Assembly: GCA_002419365.1 (NCBI GenBank)
Contig: DIGA01000116.1
Coordinates: 6,826-70,825, forward strand
DNA length: 64,000 bases
Direction: 5' to 3'
Origin: Mageeibacillus sp. UBA5734
GTDB taxonomy: Bacteria; Bacillota; Clostridia; Saccharofermentanales; UBA5734
Shown: in pieces, positions 48,592 to 57,744 of the stretch
How positions within the stretch are numbered: position 1 is the stretch's first letter
Layout: each line of letters opens with the position of its first letter
Program-made: the position numbers and the translations under genes
Notes under the pieces: model-generated
The model's database searches: none
What the model was told of the DNA's origin: nothing
Seen by the model: the letters and a program-made list of their open reading frames with translations, nothing else

Positions 48592-49761
48592 TTAGCGGTT
48601 ACGGATCAGGTTGACACGGATGATGCCATCTACAGCCGTTAGCTTATCGACGACAGAGTCAGGACAATGGCCAGTGATTTCGAAGACAGCATAGGCGTAT
48701 TCCTTCTTGCTGCGGCTGGAGAGGTTTTCAATGTTGATCCCCTCACCTGATAAAGCAGAAGAAATCTGAGCCAGAATGTTGGGGACGTTTTTGTGGATGA
48801 CGCATATGCTTTCGTCGCCACCCTTGGGATTCTTGACATCCGGGAAATTGACACTGTTCTTGATATTGCCATTTTCCAGATAATCGATCAGCTCATCGAC
48901 CGCCATGACCGCGCAATTATCTTCACTTTCCGGAGTGGATGCACCCAGATGAGGGATGGCAATGACATTTTTCATGTTTAGGATTTCGGCAGTTGGGAAA
49001 TCGGTCAGGTAACGGGCAACTTTGCCGTTCTCCAGGGCCACAGCCAGATCTGCATTGCTGACCAGATCACCACGTGACAGATTGATGATCCGCATGCCAT
49101 GTTTCATTTGCTCGATGGCAGCGGCATTGATAAAGCCTTTCGTCTCCGGTGTAGATGGCATATGAAGCGAAATGTAATCGCAATGCTCAAAAATAGCTTT
49201 GGGATCAGAAGCCCGCTTGACACCACGGTTGAGCATCCAGGCATTGTCGACAGTGATGTAGGGATCATAGCCATAGACATCCATGCCGAGTTCATTGGCG
49301 GTGTTGGCCACCATGGCACCGATGGCCCCCAGACCAAAAACGCCCAGCTTCTTACCATAAATTTCCGGCCCGACAAACGCTTTTTTACCGTTTTCGACCT
49401 CTTTGGCGATATCAAGGGTGTTGGGCAGGGTGCGTACCCAGTTGACCCCACCGACCAGGTCACGCGAAGACATCAGAAGCGCAGCGATGGCCAGCTCCTT
49501 GACGGCATTGGCATTGGCACCGGGCGTATTGAAGACCACGATGCCTTTCTGGGAGCAGAGGTCGACCGGGATATTGTTGACACCGGCGCCGGCCCGGGCA
49601 ATGGCCTTGAGATTGGGCGCAAGCTCCATGTCCAGCATATTGGCCGAGCGGACCAGGATCGCATCCGGATCCTCGACTGTGCTGGAGACCTCATATTTGC
49701 TCTTGTCGAACTGGCGTGTGCCAATCGCTGCGATTTTGTTGAGTGTCTTGATCTTATACAT
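48592..49761 (-). CDS. serA: D-3-phosphoglycerate dehydrogenase with C-terminal ACT domain
   Basis: 2-hydroxyacid dehydrogenase NAD fold (GVFGLGAIGAMVA). ATG 49761 is preferred; it forms an ATGTATAA overlap with the serC stop. Confidence 0.9.
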   Translation of the reverse strand: MYKIKTLNKIAAIGTRQFDKSKYEVSSTVEDPDAILVRSANMLDMELAPNLKAIARAGAGVNNIPVDLCSQKGIVVFNTPGANANAVKELAIAALLMSSRDLVGGVNWVRTLPNTLDIAKEVENGKKAFVGPEIYGKKLGVFGLGAIGAMVANTANELGMDVYGYDPYITVDNAWMLNRGVKRASDPKAIFEHCDYISLHMPSTPETKGFINAAAIEQMKHGMRIINLSRGDLVSNADLAVALENGKVARYLTDFPTAEILNMKNVIAIPHLGASTPESEDNCAVMAVDELIDYLENGNIKNSVNFPDVKNPKGGDESICVIHKNVPNILAQISSALSGEGINIENLSSRSKKEYAYAVFEITGHCPDSVVDKLTAVDGIIRVNLIRNR

Positions 49762-50836
49762 TCTGTTCAAACTCCCGCATGAATTCTATCAGGGCATCGA
49801 CACCAGCTTCTGGCATTGCATTGTATATGGAGGCCCGCATGCCACCGACGCTGCGATGGCCTTTGATGTTGACAAAACCAGCCTTTTCAGCCGCCTTGCA
49901 GAATTTCTTGTCCAATTCATCATCGCCAGTGACAAAAGGCACATTCATGATCGAACGCGAGCCTTTTTCGACAGGAGCCTTGAACAACTTGGAAGCATCA
50001 ATGAAATCATACAATTTCTGGGCTTTGCGGTAATTGATCTCTGCCATGGCCTCGAGACCGCCTATTTCGTCACGAACCCACTCAAGCACCAGCTTGGCAA
50101 CATAGATCGCGTAACAAGGCGGTGTGTTGTACATGCTATCGTTGTCAGCTGCGACCTTGTAGCTGAGCATGGTCGGGGCCAGGGGATTTTCATGGCCGAT
50201 CATGTCTTCACGGACGATGACCAGAGTCAGGCCGGACGGACCCATGTTCTTCTGGGCACCGGCATAGACAAGGGCAAAGCGCGAAATATCAATCGGCTCA
50301 GACAAGATGCAGGAAGACAGATCTGCGACCAGTGGGACAGAACCCGTGTCCGGGATCGCCGGGAACTTGGAACCGAAAATCGTATTGTTGTAGCAGATAT
50401 GGACATAGTCCGCGTCTGGACGCACATCTTCTGGCTTGAACGCCGGGATATAGGTGAAATTCTTGTCAGCGCTGGAAGCCAGGACTTTGACATCACCGTA
50501 GCGCCTGGCTTCTTCGTAGGCTTTTTTCGAAAACATGCCGCTGATGACATAATCGGCTTTGCCGTTCCTGGTCATCAGGTTGAGGGGGATGGCCGCAAAC
50601 TGGGTGCTCGCACCGCCCTGGAGAAACAGGACCTTGTAGTTAGCCGGCACACCGAGCACGGAGCGGACGAGAGCCTCGGCATCGGCAATGATCTTCTCAT
50701 AGACCGGGGATCGATGGCTCATCTCCATGACGGACATGCCACTGCCCTGGTAATCTGTCATCTCTGCGGCAGCTTTTTGCAAGACCGAGAGCGGCAGCAT
50801 GGAAGGACCTGCTGAGAAATTGTATACCCTGCTCAT
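49754..50836 (-). CDS. serC: phosphoserine aminotransferase
   Basis: MSRVYNFSAGPSMLP N-terminus. AGGAG RBS 8 nt upstream of ATG 50836. Confidence 0.95.
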   Translation of the reverse strand: MSRVYNFSAGPSMLPLSVLQKAAAEMTDYQGSGMSVMEMSHRSPVYEKIIADAEALVRSVLGVPANYKVLFLQGGASTQFAAIPLNLMTRNGKADYVISGMFSKKAYEEARRYGDVKVLASSADKNFTYIPAFKPEDVRPDADYVHICYNNTIFGSKFPAIPDTGSVPLVADLSSCILSEPIDISRFALVYAGAQKNMGPSGLTLVIVREDMIGHENPLAPTMLSYKVAADNDSMYNTPPCYAIYVAKLVLEWVRDEIGGLEAMAEINYRKAQKLYDFIDASKLFKAPVEKGSRSIMNVPFVTGDDELDKKFCKAAEKAGFVNIKGHRSVGGMRASIYNAMPEAGVDALIEFMREFEQNV

Positions 50837-50876
50837 TGTCATCACTCCTGATTCTAGAAATTGAAATACGAAGAAC

Positions 50877-50885
50877 ATTCTAGCA
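50877..50885 (-). promoter_or_regulatory. extended -10 element (TGCTAGAAT) upstream of serC-serA, embedded in a palindrome
   Basis: The reverse complement of 50877-50885 is TGCTAGAAT. The palindrome CATTCT-agc-AGAATG spans 50876-50890. Confidence 0.4.
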
Positions 50886-51011
50886 GAATGTACGCCAGAC
50901 CGGAATCTTCAACCCGTAGCTAACGGTACATCTTCACGTGCAAAGTCAGCAATCAAGCATCTTTATGCGCAAAAACAGCCTAATTTCACCAATCTTAAAC
51001 GCTTACGAAAC

Positions 51012-52208
51012 TCATCCGTCGATAAATGACCTGATTTGCTCCTTGTTGGCCGCAAAATCGACTGCGATGACGCTGGCACCACCTATGGTGGCATATTCCC
51101 ACGTGCCGTCAAAAGGCACCCGGGCTTCGGCAAATGAAACATCGCCTGCACCAATGACCTCGGTAGTCAAACTAAAGAGCTGGTCCGCTGAGATATTGGT
51201 CTTGACATTGCCGATTGCATATCCCACCAGTCCGGCAAGCGTGGCCGCATCCCCCTGGTTCCTGATCTGGCTGAAAATCGCCTTGATGGTGGCGCGCTGA
51301 CGGGCAGTCCGGGTGAAATCGCCATTGCCGACCCGGCGATTGCGCGTATGGGACAAGGTCTGGGCCCCGGTCAGGTGTTTGATACCTTCGCCATCCGGGA
51401 TGCCTCCAATTTCGGCATTGATGTAGTCGATTTCCTTCTGCGTCAGATACAAGTCGATGCCACCGATCTGGTCGACGACGGCGATAAAGTTTTCAAAGCG
51501 GATCGTGATGTAGGTCTCAAGCGCAACATCAAAATTATTGCGCAAGGTTTCGGTCAGCAAAGGTTCAGCACCATAGTTGAAAGCGGCATTGAGCTTGGTC
51601 GAACCATGGCCCGGAATGGCCACATACATGTCACGCATAAAGGACAGCAGCTTGATTTGCTTGTTGTCACGGTCAAAGGTCAGCATGATCATCGAATCCG
51701 AGCGGGCACCATCGAGGCCGAGCCGGGCGTCAGAACCGATCAGCAGAATGTTGACCTTGCCCGTGCCGGACAACGTCACAGGGGTTGGAGCTTGAGTAGG
51801 TTTTGGCGTCGGCACAGGTGTGGGAGTCACCACCGGCTTGACGGTCGTTTCAGCGGGTGCGGCAGTCGTTGCTTTCGTGGTGGGTGCAGAGGTTGTTGAC
51901 TCAGCGGTCGTCGCTTCAGTGGTAGGTTCAGTTTCAGCTGATGTAGCCTGAGTGGTGGTTGCAGATGTCGTGGTCTGGTTCACGACAGTACCCGTCGCAC
52001 CATCGGAAGGGGCACCCTGGTTGGAGCCTGCGACAAGGCTAGCCTGGCCTGTTTCGGAAACCTGGCCAGCATCAGCACCGCCCAGATCCAGGAAAAAAAA
52101 AGCACTGGACGCCAGGACCAGCAGTACGGCAGCCGATATGGCCACGATGCGATGCTTTTTGGAAAATGTTCTGGTTTTGACACCGTGTTCTTGACCAGTC
52201 TTTGACAT
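51012..52208 (-). CDS. LCP (LytR-CpsA-Psr) family cell-envelope phosphotransferase
   Basis: TM anchor, S/T/A/P-rich linker, then the LCP core NILLIGSDARLGLDGARSDSMIMLTFD...KLNAAFNYG. Confidence 0.85.
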   Translation of the reverse strand: MSKTGQEHGVKTRTFSKKHRIVAISAAVLLVLASSAFFFLDLGGADAGQVSETGQASLVAGSNQGAPSDGATGTVVNQTTTSATTTQATSAETEPTTEATTAESTTSAPTTKATTAAPAETTVKPVVTPTPVPTPKPTQAPTPVTLSGTGKVNILLIGSDARLGLDGARSDSMIMLTFDRDNKQIKLLSFMRDMYVAIPGHGSTKLNAAFNYGAEPLLTETLRNNFDVALETYITIRFENFIAVVDQIGGIDLYLTQKEIDYINAEIGGIPDGEGIKHLTGAQTLSHTRNRRVGNGDFTRTARQRATIKAIFSQIRNQGDAATLAGLVGYAIGNVKTNISADQLFSLTTEVIGAGDVSFAEARVPFDGTWEYATIGGASVIAVDFAANKEQIRSFIDG

Positions 52209-52264
52209 GAATCGATCCTCCTGGGTCTACCAGCAAATTCGGCAGTGAAAAGGCTCAGCAGTCA

Positions 52265-52293
52265 TTGGTTTTGCCTGTTATTCATTCTACAAT
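52265..52293 (+). promoter_or_regulatory. candidate promoter of the MATE gene
   Basis: TTGGTT (52265-52270), 17 nt, TACAAT (52288-52293). Confidence 0.45.
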
Positions 52294-52337
52294 GAAATCA
52301 GCCGGGATGACAGGCAGAATCAGGCAAAGGAGCCCTC

Positions 52338-53726
52338 ATGGTTAATCAGATGAGCTTGACCGAAGGATCGATCCGTCCACAGCTCTTGAGGATTGCTGTT
52401 CCCATGAGCGTTGGTCTGTTTTTCAATACCCTGTTCAATGTCGTTGACACGTTTTACGCCGGCAGGCTGGGCACCGAAGCATTGGCTGGCATGTCTGCTT
52501 CGTTTTCCGTCTTCTTCATCCAGAATGCCCTTTTGTCAGGACTTGCAACCGGTGTATCAGCCTTGATGGCCCAGGCGCTGGGGCGAAAAGACCCGGTCGC
52601 TATCCAGAGGCTGAAGATCACCGGCCTGGCCTTGATTGTCAGCCTGAGTTTGCTGCTGACAATCGCAGGCCTCATCGCTTCACCCTGGCTTCTCTATGTT
52701 CTGGGGGCACGTGATCTCGCTCTGAGCGAAGGATCCCGTTATGTGCGCACCATTTATGCTGGCAGCCTTTTCTGGGGTATCAATGCCAGTCTCCACGCCA
52801 TCCTGAGTGCCCATGGCCAGACACGTCCCTACCGCAATTTCCTGGTCATCGGTTTTTTTCTGAACCTGATCCTGGATCCTTTATTCATCTTTGGCTGGTT
52901 AGGCTTGCCTCGGATGGGCACCATGGGTGTCGCCCTGGCAACCGTTCTGGTCCAAGCGATGGGCACGGTTTATCTGGCTTGGCAGGTCAGCAAAAACAGA
53001 GTTTTCCAGGCTGAGGACCTGGTTCTATCCCAAGTCAGACTCAAGGCTGCAGGCGACATCCTGACACAGGGAATCCCCGCAGCCCTCAACATGCTGACAA
53101 TCGCACTCGGGGTTTTCGTCATCAACTGGTTCATCTACCGGTTTGGCTCAGACGCTGCCACTGCAGGCTATGGGGTCGCCGTCCGTATTGAACAGCTGGC
53201 CTTGCTGCCTGCGCTTGGCCTCAATACGGCGACATTGGCCATGGTGGGTCAAAACGCAGGCGCCGGAAAACACGACCGCGTCCGGGAGGTTTATCACATC
53301 TCTCTCCAACTGGGCGCTCTGATCATGACCATTGGCATGGCCTTGCTGTATCCACTGGCGCCCTGGCTGATCGCTCTGTTCAACCAGGACCCGGATGTGA
53401 TTGCTGAAGGGACGTCTTACCTGCGGATCGAATTCCTGGCCTTGAATGCCTATGTGATCCTCAATGTCTGCCTGTCCTTGCTCCAGGGACTGAAAAAGCC
53501 CCATTATGCCGTCTGGATCGGCCTGTACCGCCAGATCGCCATGCCGATCCTGATCTTCAATCTCCTGGGGCGCATTCTGGGGCTGGGTCTCACCGGCGTC
53601 TGGTGGGGGATTGTTTTTACGACGTGGAGCGGGGCCGTGGCTGCAGTCTTGTTTGCGCGATTTGAGTTGAAACGGATAATCCCTGAGCCGATCCAATCTC
53701 CAAGCTTTCGCCAGCCGCCTCTTTAG
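52338..53726 (+). CDS. MATE family efflux transporter
   Basis: 12-TM MatE duplication; N-terminus LLRIAVPMSVGLFFNTLFNVVDTFYAGRLG. Confidence 0.9.
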   Translation: MVNQMSLTEGSIRPQLLRIAVPMSVGLFFNTLFNVVDTFYAGRLGTEALAGMSASFSVFFIQNALLSGLATGVSALMAQALGRKDPVAIQRLKITGLALIVSLSLLLTIAGLIASPWLLYVLGARDLALSEGSRYVRTIYAGSLFWGINASLHAILSAHGQTRPYRNFLVIGFFLNLILDPLFIFGWLGLPRMGTMGVALATVLVQAMGTVYLAWQVSKNRVFQAEDLVLSQVRLKAAGDILTQGIPAALNMLTIALGVFVINWFIYRFGSDAATAGYGVAVRIEQLALLPALGLNTATLAMVGQNAGAGKHDRVREVYHISLQLGALIMTIGMALLYPLAPWLIALFNQDPDVIAEGTSYLRIEFLALNAYVILNVCLSLLQGLKKPHYAVWIGLYRQIAMPILIFNLLGRILGLGLTGVWWGIVFTTWSGAVAAVLFARFELKRIIPEPIQSPSFRQPPL

Positions 53727-55455
53727 GGTGCGCACTGCTCAGGAAATCCAGAAAAGCCTGCTCTGGCAAGGGCTTGCTGAAGTAAAACCCTTGGACAAAA
53801 TCGCAACCATGGTGGCAAAGCCAGTCATACTGGGCCTTGGTCTCAACGCCTTCGACGACGACTTCAAGATCGAGGCCATGGATGACAGTGAACAGGGCAT
53901 CGATCACCATCCGCTCACGATCCTTATGTTCAAGGTTTCGGATCAGGGAGCGGTCCAGTTTGACCACATCGACTGGTAAATCATTCAGGGATCCAAAGGT
54001 GGCATACCCCGTACCAAAATCGTCCAGAGACACTTTGACGCCGTGGCTTTTCAATTCGCCGAACAACTCAGCAACTTCGTGAATATCGCTGACCAAGGCT
54101 GATTCAGTGATTTCCAGATTCAGGCAGGTCGGGCAGATCTGGTTCAGCTCGATGGACTCAAGAATCAGTTTAACCAGCTCATACCGGCGGTATTCCAACG
54201 CAACGGCCGACAGGTTGACACTGATCGCCAGATCTGGGAAACCGGCCTTTTTCCACACCGCCAACTTTTTACAGGCTTCACGGATAACCCAGTCGGTCAT
54301 CGGGATGATCAGCCGCGTCCTTTCAGCCAGCGGAATGAATTCACCTGGTGCTATCTGGCCCAACATGGGATGGTTCCAGCGCAGCAAGGCTTCGGCATGC
54401 CTGAAACGGTTGCGCTGGATGTCGAAAATGGGCTGGAAATAGAGTTCAAATTCCCCTTTGTCCAAGGCAGTGGATAGATCCGCAGATAGAATCTCTGCTC
54501 TTGTACGGGCAGCAGCCATGCTCTGGCGGTAAAACGTCACGGTATTGCGAGTAGACTTGGCAACAAACAGAGCCATATCGGCTTGGATGATAACCTGATC
54601 GAGACTGTATCCTGGCTCATCCAGGCAAATCCCGATGCTCACAGTGATCTGGACCAGCTGATGCTTGTACTTGAATTGCCTGGCCACCGCTGCCTGGATG
54701 GAGCGGGCCAGTTTTGCCACCTGGTCCTCATCAGACAGTCGCGTCAGAACCAGGAATTCATCACCGCTGTATCGAAAGACCTGATTGTATGAACCGGAAC
54801 ATGTCTGGATAACCTGGGCCAATTCAGACAAGACCTGGTCGCCACCCTGATGGCCCAGTGTGTCATTGACACCGCGGAAATTGTCGACATCGATCAGCAA
54901 AGCTGACAAGGTGGTCTGCTCGGGCAGTCCTTGAATCAATTGCTTTGACATCCGCTGCAAGGCTGTACGGTTTAAAAGACCTGTCAAGGCGTCATGGTTA
55001 GCGGCGTACAGGAGTTGTTCTTCATGCAGTTTGCTTTCCCTGACCCCACGGGTAGCATCGATGCGGTATGAGACATCTTCGTGGGTACCAAACATCCAGA
55101 GCGGCTGTCCTTCAGAGGTCCATTCCACGACTTTGCCCCGGTCACGAACCCAGATCCAGTTGCCATTCTTGTGCCGGATCCGGACGTCCAATTCATAATA
55201 CTCGGATTTGCCATTGAAATGATCCTGCAGGGCCTGGTTGAATCGCAGCAGGTCGTCAGGATGTGCCAGCCATGTCCATACGTCTATGTTGACGGGGGAC
55301 AAATCTGCCAGACTAAACCCGGCAATCTCGGCCCAGCGCTCGTTAATGACCAGTTCACCGGTCTGGACATTCCACTCCCAGGTCCCCACTTGCATGCTAT
55401 CAAGATAGTTTTGCAGTTTGCGGATCTGAGCATCCGGATCAGAACAGTCAACCAT
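53617..55455 (-). CDS. PAS-GGDEF-EAL signalling protein (c-di-GMP turnover)
   Basis: PAS block (GTWEWNVQTGELVINERWAEIAG), a GGDEF domain with the variant SGDEF motif (RYSGDEFLV), and EAL-domain blocks (QPIFD, LEITES, DDFGTGY). Confidence 0.9.
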   Translation of the reverse strand: MVDCSDPDAQIRKLQNYLDSMQVGTWEWNVQTGELVINERWAEIAGFSLADLSPVNIDVWTWLAHPDDLLRFNQALQDHFNGKSEYYELDVRIRHKNGNWIWVRDRGKVVEWTSEGQPLWMFGTHEDVSYRIDATRGVRESKLHEEQLLYAANHDALTGLLNRTALQRMSKQLIQGLPEQTTLSALLIDVDNFRGVNDTLGHQGGDQVLSELAQVIQTCSGSYNQVFRYSGDEFLVLTRLSDEDQVAKLARSIQAAVARQFKYKHQLVQITVSIGICLDEPGYSLDQVIIQADMALFVAKSTRNTVTFYRQSMAAARTRAEILSADLSTALDKGEFELYFQPIFDIQRNRFRHAEALLRWNHPMLGQIAPGEFIPLAERTRLIIPMTDWVIREACKKLAVWKKAGFPDLAISVNLSAVALEYRRYELVKLILESIELNQICPTCLNLEITESALVSDIHEVAELFGELKSHGVKVSLDDFGTGYATFGSLNDLPVDVVKLDRSLIRNLEHKDRERMVIDALFTVIHGLDLEVVVEGVETKAQYDWLCHHGCDFVQGFYFSKPLPEQAFLDFLSSAHPKEAAGESLEIGSAQGLSVSTQIAQTRLQPRPRSTS

Positions 55456-55516
55456 GGATCCACCTCGTAAAAAGTCACAATACGTCGAATTTCAATGTTG
55501 CACCGAGATGAATTTT

Positions 55517-55545
55517 ATTGTAATTTTAATACCTGCAATAATCAA
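55517..55545 (-). promoter_or_regulatory. candidate promoter of the PAS-GGDEF-EAL gene
   Basis: On the minus strand: TTGATT (55540-55545), 17 nt, TACAAT (55517-55522), inside an AT-rich island. Confidence 0.5.
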
Positions 55546-55577
55546 TAACACGCTATAAATAGTGTTTTTTTATGTAA

Positions 55578-55599
55578 TATTCGATCATGCAATCGAATA
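55578..55599. promoter_or_regulatory. 8-6-8 palindrome upstream of that promoter (possible regulator site)
   Basis: TATTCGAT-catgca-ATCGAATA. Confidence 0.3.
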
Positions 55600-55613
55600 A
55601 CATCGATCATAAA

Positions 55614-55650
55614 GGCCGGTTTTGAATCCAACTCGAACTCAAACCCGGCC
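55614..55650 (-). terminator. hairpin downstream of fprA
   Basis: 12-bp stem with one mismatch (55614-55625 with 55639-55650). The U-tail on the minus strand is short. Confidence 0.4.
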
Positions 55651-55683
55651 CGATCTGCACCCTATCTATGAAGATATGAATTG

Positions 55684-56874
55684 TTATTTGATCTTGTCAA
55701 CAAACTCGTTGCCGAATGTTTCGCAGGCTGCCAAGGCATCTTCATCTGGTACCCAGTTGATGCGGATACCCTCAGTGACGACGGAGAATCCACCCTTGAC
55801 CAGTGCATCATGGATCTGGCGCACCGATTCGCCACCCCAGCCGTAACTGCCAAAGGCTGCCGCCTTCTTGTTCCTGAATTTCAGTCCGCGCATCATCTCA
55901 AGCAATCCGGCAATTGAATGGAGAATGCCCCCATTGATGGTTGGTGAACCAACCAGAATCGCCTTGGACTTGAACACTTCGCTGATGATGTCATTTTTGT
56001 CGGCATGGGCTGCGTTAAATAGCTTGACCTTGACACTTGGATCGGCCGATTCAATTCCCCTGGCAATGGCTTCCGCCATTTTGCGGGTCGACTCCCACAT
56101 GGTGTCGTAGACGAGGGTAATCTGGTTTTCCTGGTAATTGGCAGCCCAGTTCTGGTAGGCCTTGACGATCTGCAGGGGATGATCGCGCCAGATTACGCCA
56201 TGGCTGGGGCAAATCAGGTCAACTGGCAATTCCAGGGCCAGGATTTCATCGATCTTCCGAGTCACTTGGCTGGAAAATGGCGTCAGGATGTTGGCATAGT
56301 ATTTCAGCGCCTCGGTCATCAGTTCGTCCTGGTCTGCCAGGTCATTGAACAGGGACTCGGTTGCATAATGCTGGCCGAAGCCATCGTTGCTGAACAGGAT
56401 GTTTTCGCCGGTCATGTAGGTGAACATGGTGTCCGGCCAATGCAGCATCGGTGCTTCGATAAAGACCAGGTCACTGTCACCGATGTTGAGTTTGTCGCCG
56501 GTCTTGACCGTGATATAGTTCCAGTCCTGGTGGTAATGGCCACGCAGGATTTTCTCGCCATTGGCCGTGCAATAGATCGGGGTCTTGGGAATTTCCCGCA
56601 TCAGTTCGACCAGGCCACCACTGTGGTCGATCTCGTTGTGGTTGCAGATGATGGCATCGATCGACCGCAAGTCGACGATTTTTTTCAGCTGGCTTACGAA
56701 TTCTTCATCAAAGGGTTTCCAGACGGTGTCGATCAGGACTGTTTTCTGGTCCCGGACCAGATAGGCATTGTAAGATGAACCATGATGAGTCGAATACTCA
56801 TCGCCGTGGAAGGTGTCGAGTTCCCAGTCGATCTTGCCGACCCAGGTTACTTTAGGGGTGATTGTTTTAGCCAT
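55684..56874 (-). CDS. fprA: flavodiiron protein (A-type flavoprotein, O2/NO reductase)
   Basis: Metallo-beta-lactamase-like diiron domain (HNEIDHSGG) plus a C-terminal flavodoxin domain (ILVGSPTINGG). Confidence 0.9.
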   Translation of the reverse strand: MAKTITPKVTWVGKIDWELDTFHGDEYSTHHGSSYNAYLVRDQKTVLIDTVWKPFDEEFVSQLKKIVDLRSIDAIICNHNEIDHSGGLVELMREIPKTPIYCTANGEKILRGHYHQDWNYITVKTGDKLNIGDSDLVFIEAPMLHWPDTMFTYMTGENILFSNDGFGQHYATESLFNDLADQDELMTEALKYYANILTPFSSQVTRKIDEILALELPVDLICPSHGVIWRDHPLQIVKAYQNWAANYQENQITLVYDTMWESTRKMAEAIARGIESADPSVKVKLFNAAHADKNDIISEVFKSKAILVGSPTINGGILHSIAGLLEMMRGLKFRNKKAAAFGSYGWGGESVRQIHDALVKGGFSVVTEGIRINWVPDEDALAACETFGNEFVDKIK

Positions 56875-56903
56875 GGAAATCTCCTTTCCGTCTTGCTGGA
56901 AGC

Positions 56904-57590
56904 TCAGGCAAAACGCGGGAACAGAACGCTGTTTTCTTTGTGGATATGCAGGAAAATGTCTTCGGTTAAAGCCTGGAGTTTCTTGTAGGTCACGACAAAG
57001 GTCGGGCAGGCATACGCCGGTGGCTGGTATCCGTTGGTCAGGGCTTTGATCGCCTTGAGGATGTCGCCGGCGGCATCATGGTCTTGTTCGAGATCTTCGA
57101 TCAGGGCTTTGATCGCAGACGTGTCAGAACCGGACAGGATGGCCGGGAACAGGACGCGCTCTTCATCTGCAAAATGTTCTTCGAGGTCCATTTTGAGCAA
57201 GGCAAACTGGCGGTGCAAATCTTTCAGGAGACGTTCATCGTGCTCGAAATGGACAACCATGATCTTGTTGATCAGCTCATCGAGATCGTGCAGCAGCAAT
57301 CGTTCCGGCGCATGGTGCAGGTCGAGGATCAGCTGGATCAGGTCTTCGTTGGACAAGGTCGTGGGATCGACGGGATGGTCTGTGCGTGTCTTGTAGTCGG
57401 CATAGGCCTGGTTGAGGTCCGCAGTAAATGCTTCCGTGTCGAGATCTTTTTCCGCCAGCGCAGCTGAGAGGGGGCGTTGGCCCTGGCAGCAGTAATCGAT
57501 GTCGAGCGCATTGAATGTGCGCGTTGCGGGTGGGAACAGCGACACGACGTCGCCGAGCAGCAAATCAGGTGTGATCATGGTCTGTTTCAT
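56904..57590 (-). CDS. ric: iron-sulfur cluster repair di-iron protein (RIC/ScdA/YtfE family)
   Basis: ScdA_N-type N-terminus (FNALDIDYCCQGQRPL) and hemerythrin-like repeats (HH..E..LLF/HI.KEN..LFP). Start set at ATG 57590 with a GGAGG RBS. Confidence 0.85.
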   Translation of the reverse strand: MKQTMITPDLLLGDVVSLFPPATRTFNALDIDYCCQGQRPLSAALAEKDLDTEAFTADLNQAYADYKTRTDHPVDPTTLSNEDLIQLILDLHHAPERLLLHDLDELINKIMVVHFEHDERLLKDLHRQFALLKMDLEEHFADEERVLFPAILSGSDTSAIKALIEDLEQDHDAAGDILKAIKALTNGYQPPAYACPTFVVTYKKLQALTEDIFLHIHKENSVLFPRFA

Positions 57591-57679
57591 GGGGTATCCT
57601 CCTGGATCGGGTCCATCAGGCACGATGGTGTTGTAATGTCTTTCTGATCTAAGGATACCTGGGCTCAGTTGAGAAATCT

Positions 57680-57693
57680 TTGATTCAAATCAC
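57680..57693. promoter_or_regulatory. FNR/CRP-type box TTGATTCAAATCAC upstream of ric-fprA
   Basis: Matches TTGAT-N4-ATCAA at 9/10 positions. Centre is about 96 nt upstream of the ric ATG. The Crp/Fnr gene is adjacent. Confidence 0.5.
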
Positions 57694-57744
57694 ATCTTGA
57701 GAAAGTCGCTGGTCTGTTTGACGGGATGGCCTTTGCCGTGCCAT

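Noticed and set aside
49403-50815. 470-aa plus-strand ORF
   Set aside because: It is antisense to serA and serC, both of which have clear family signatures. It is a shadow ORF.
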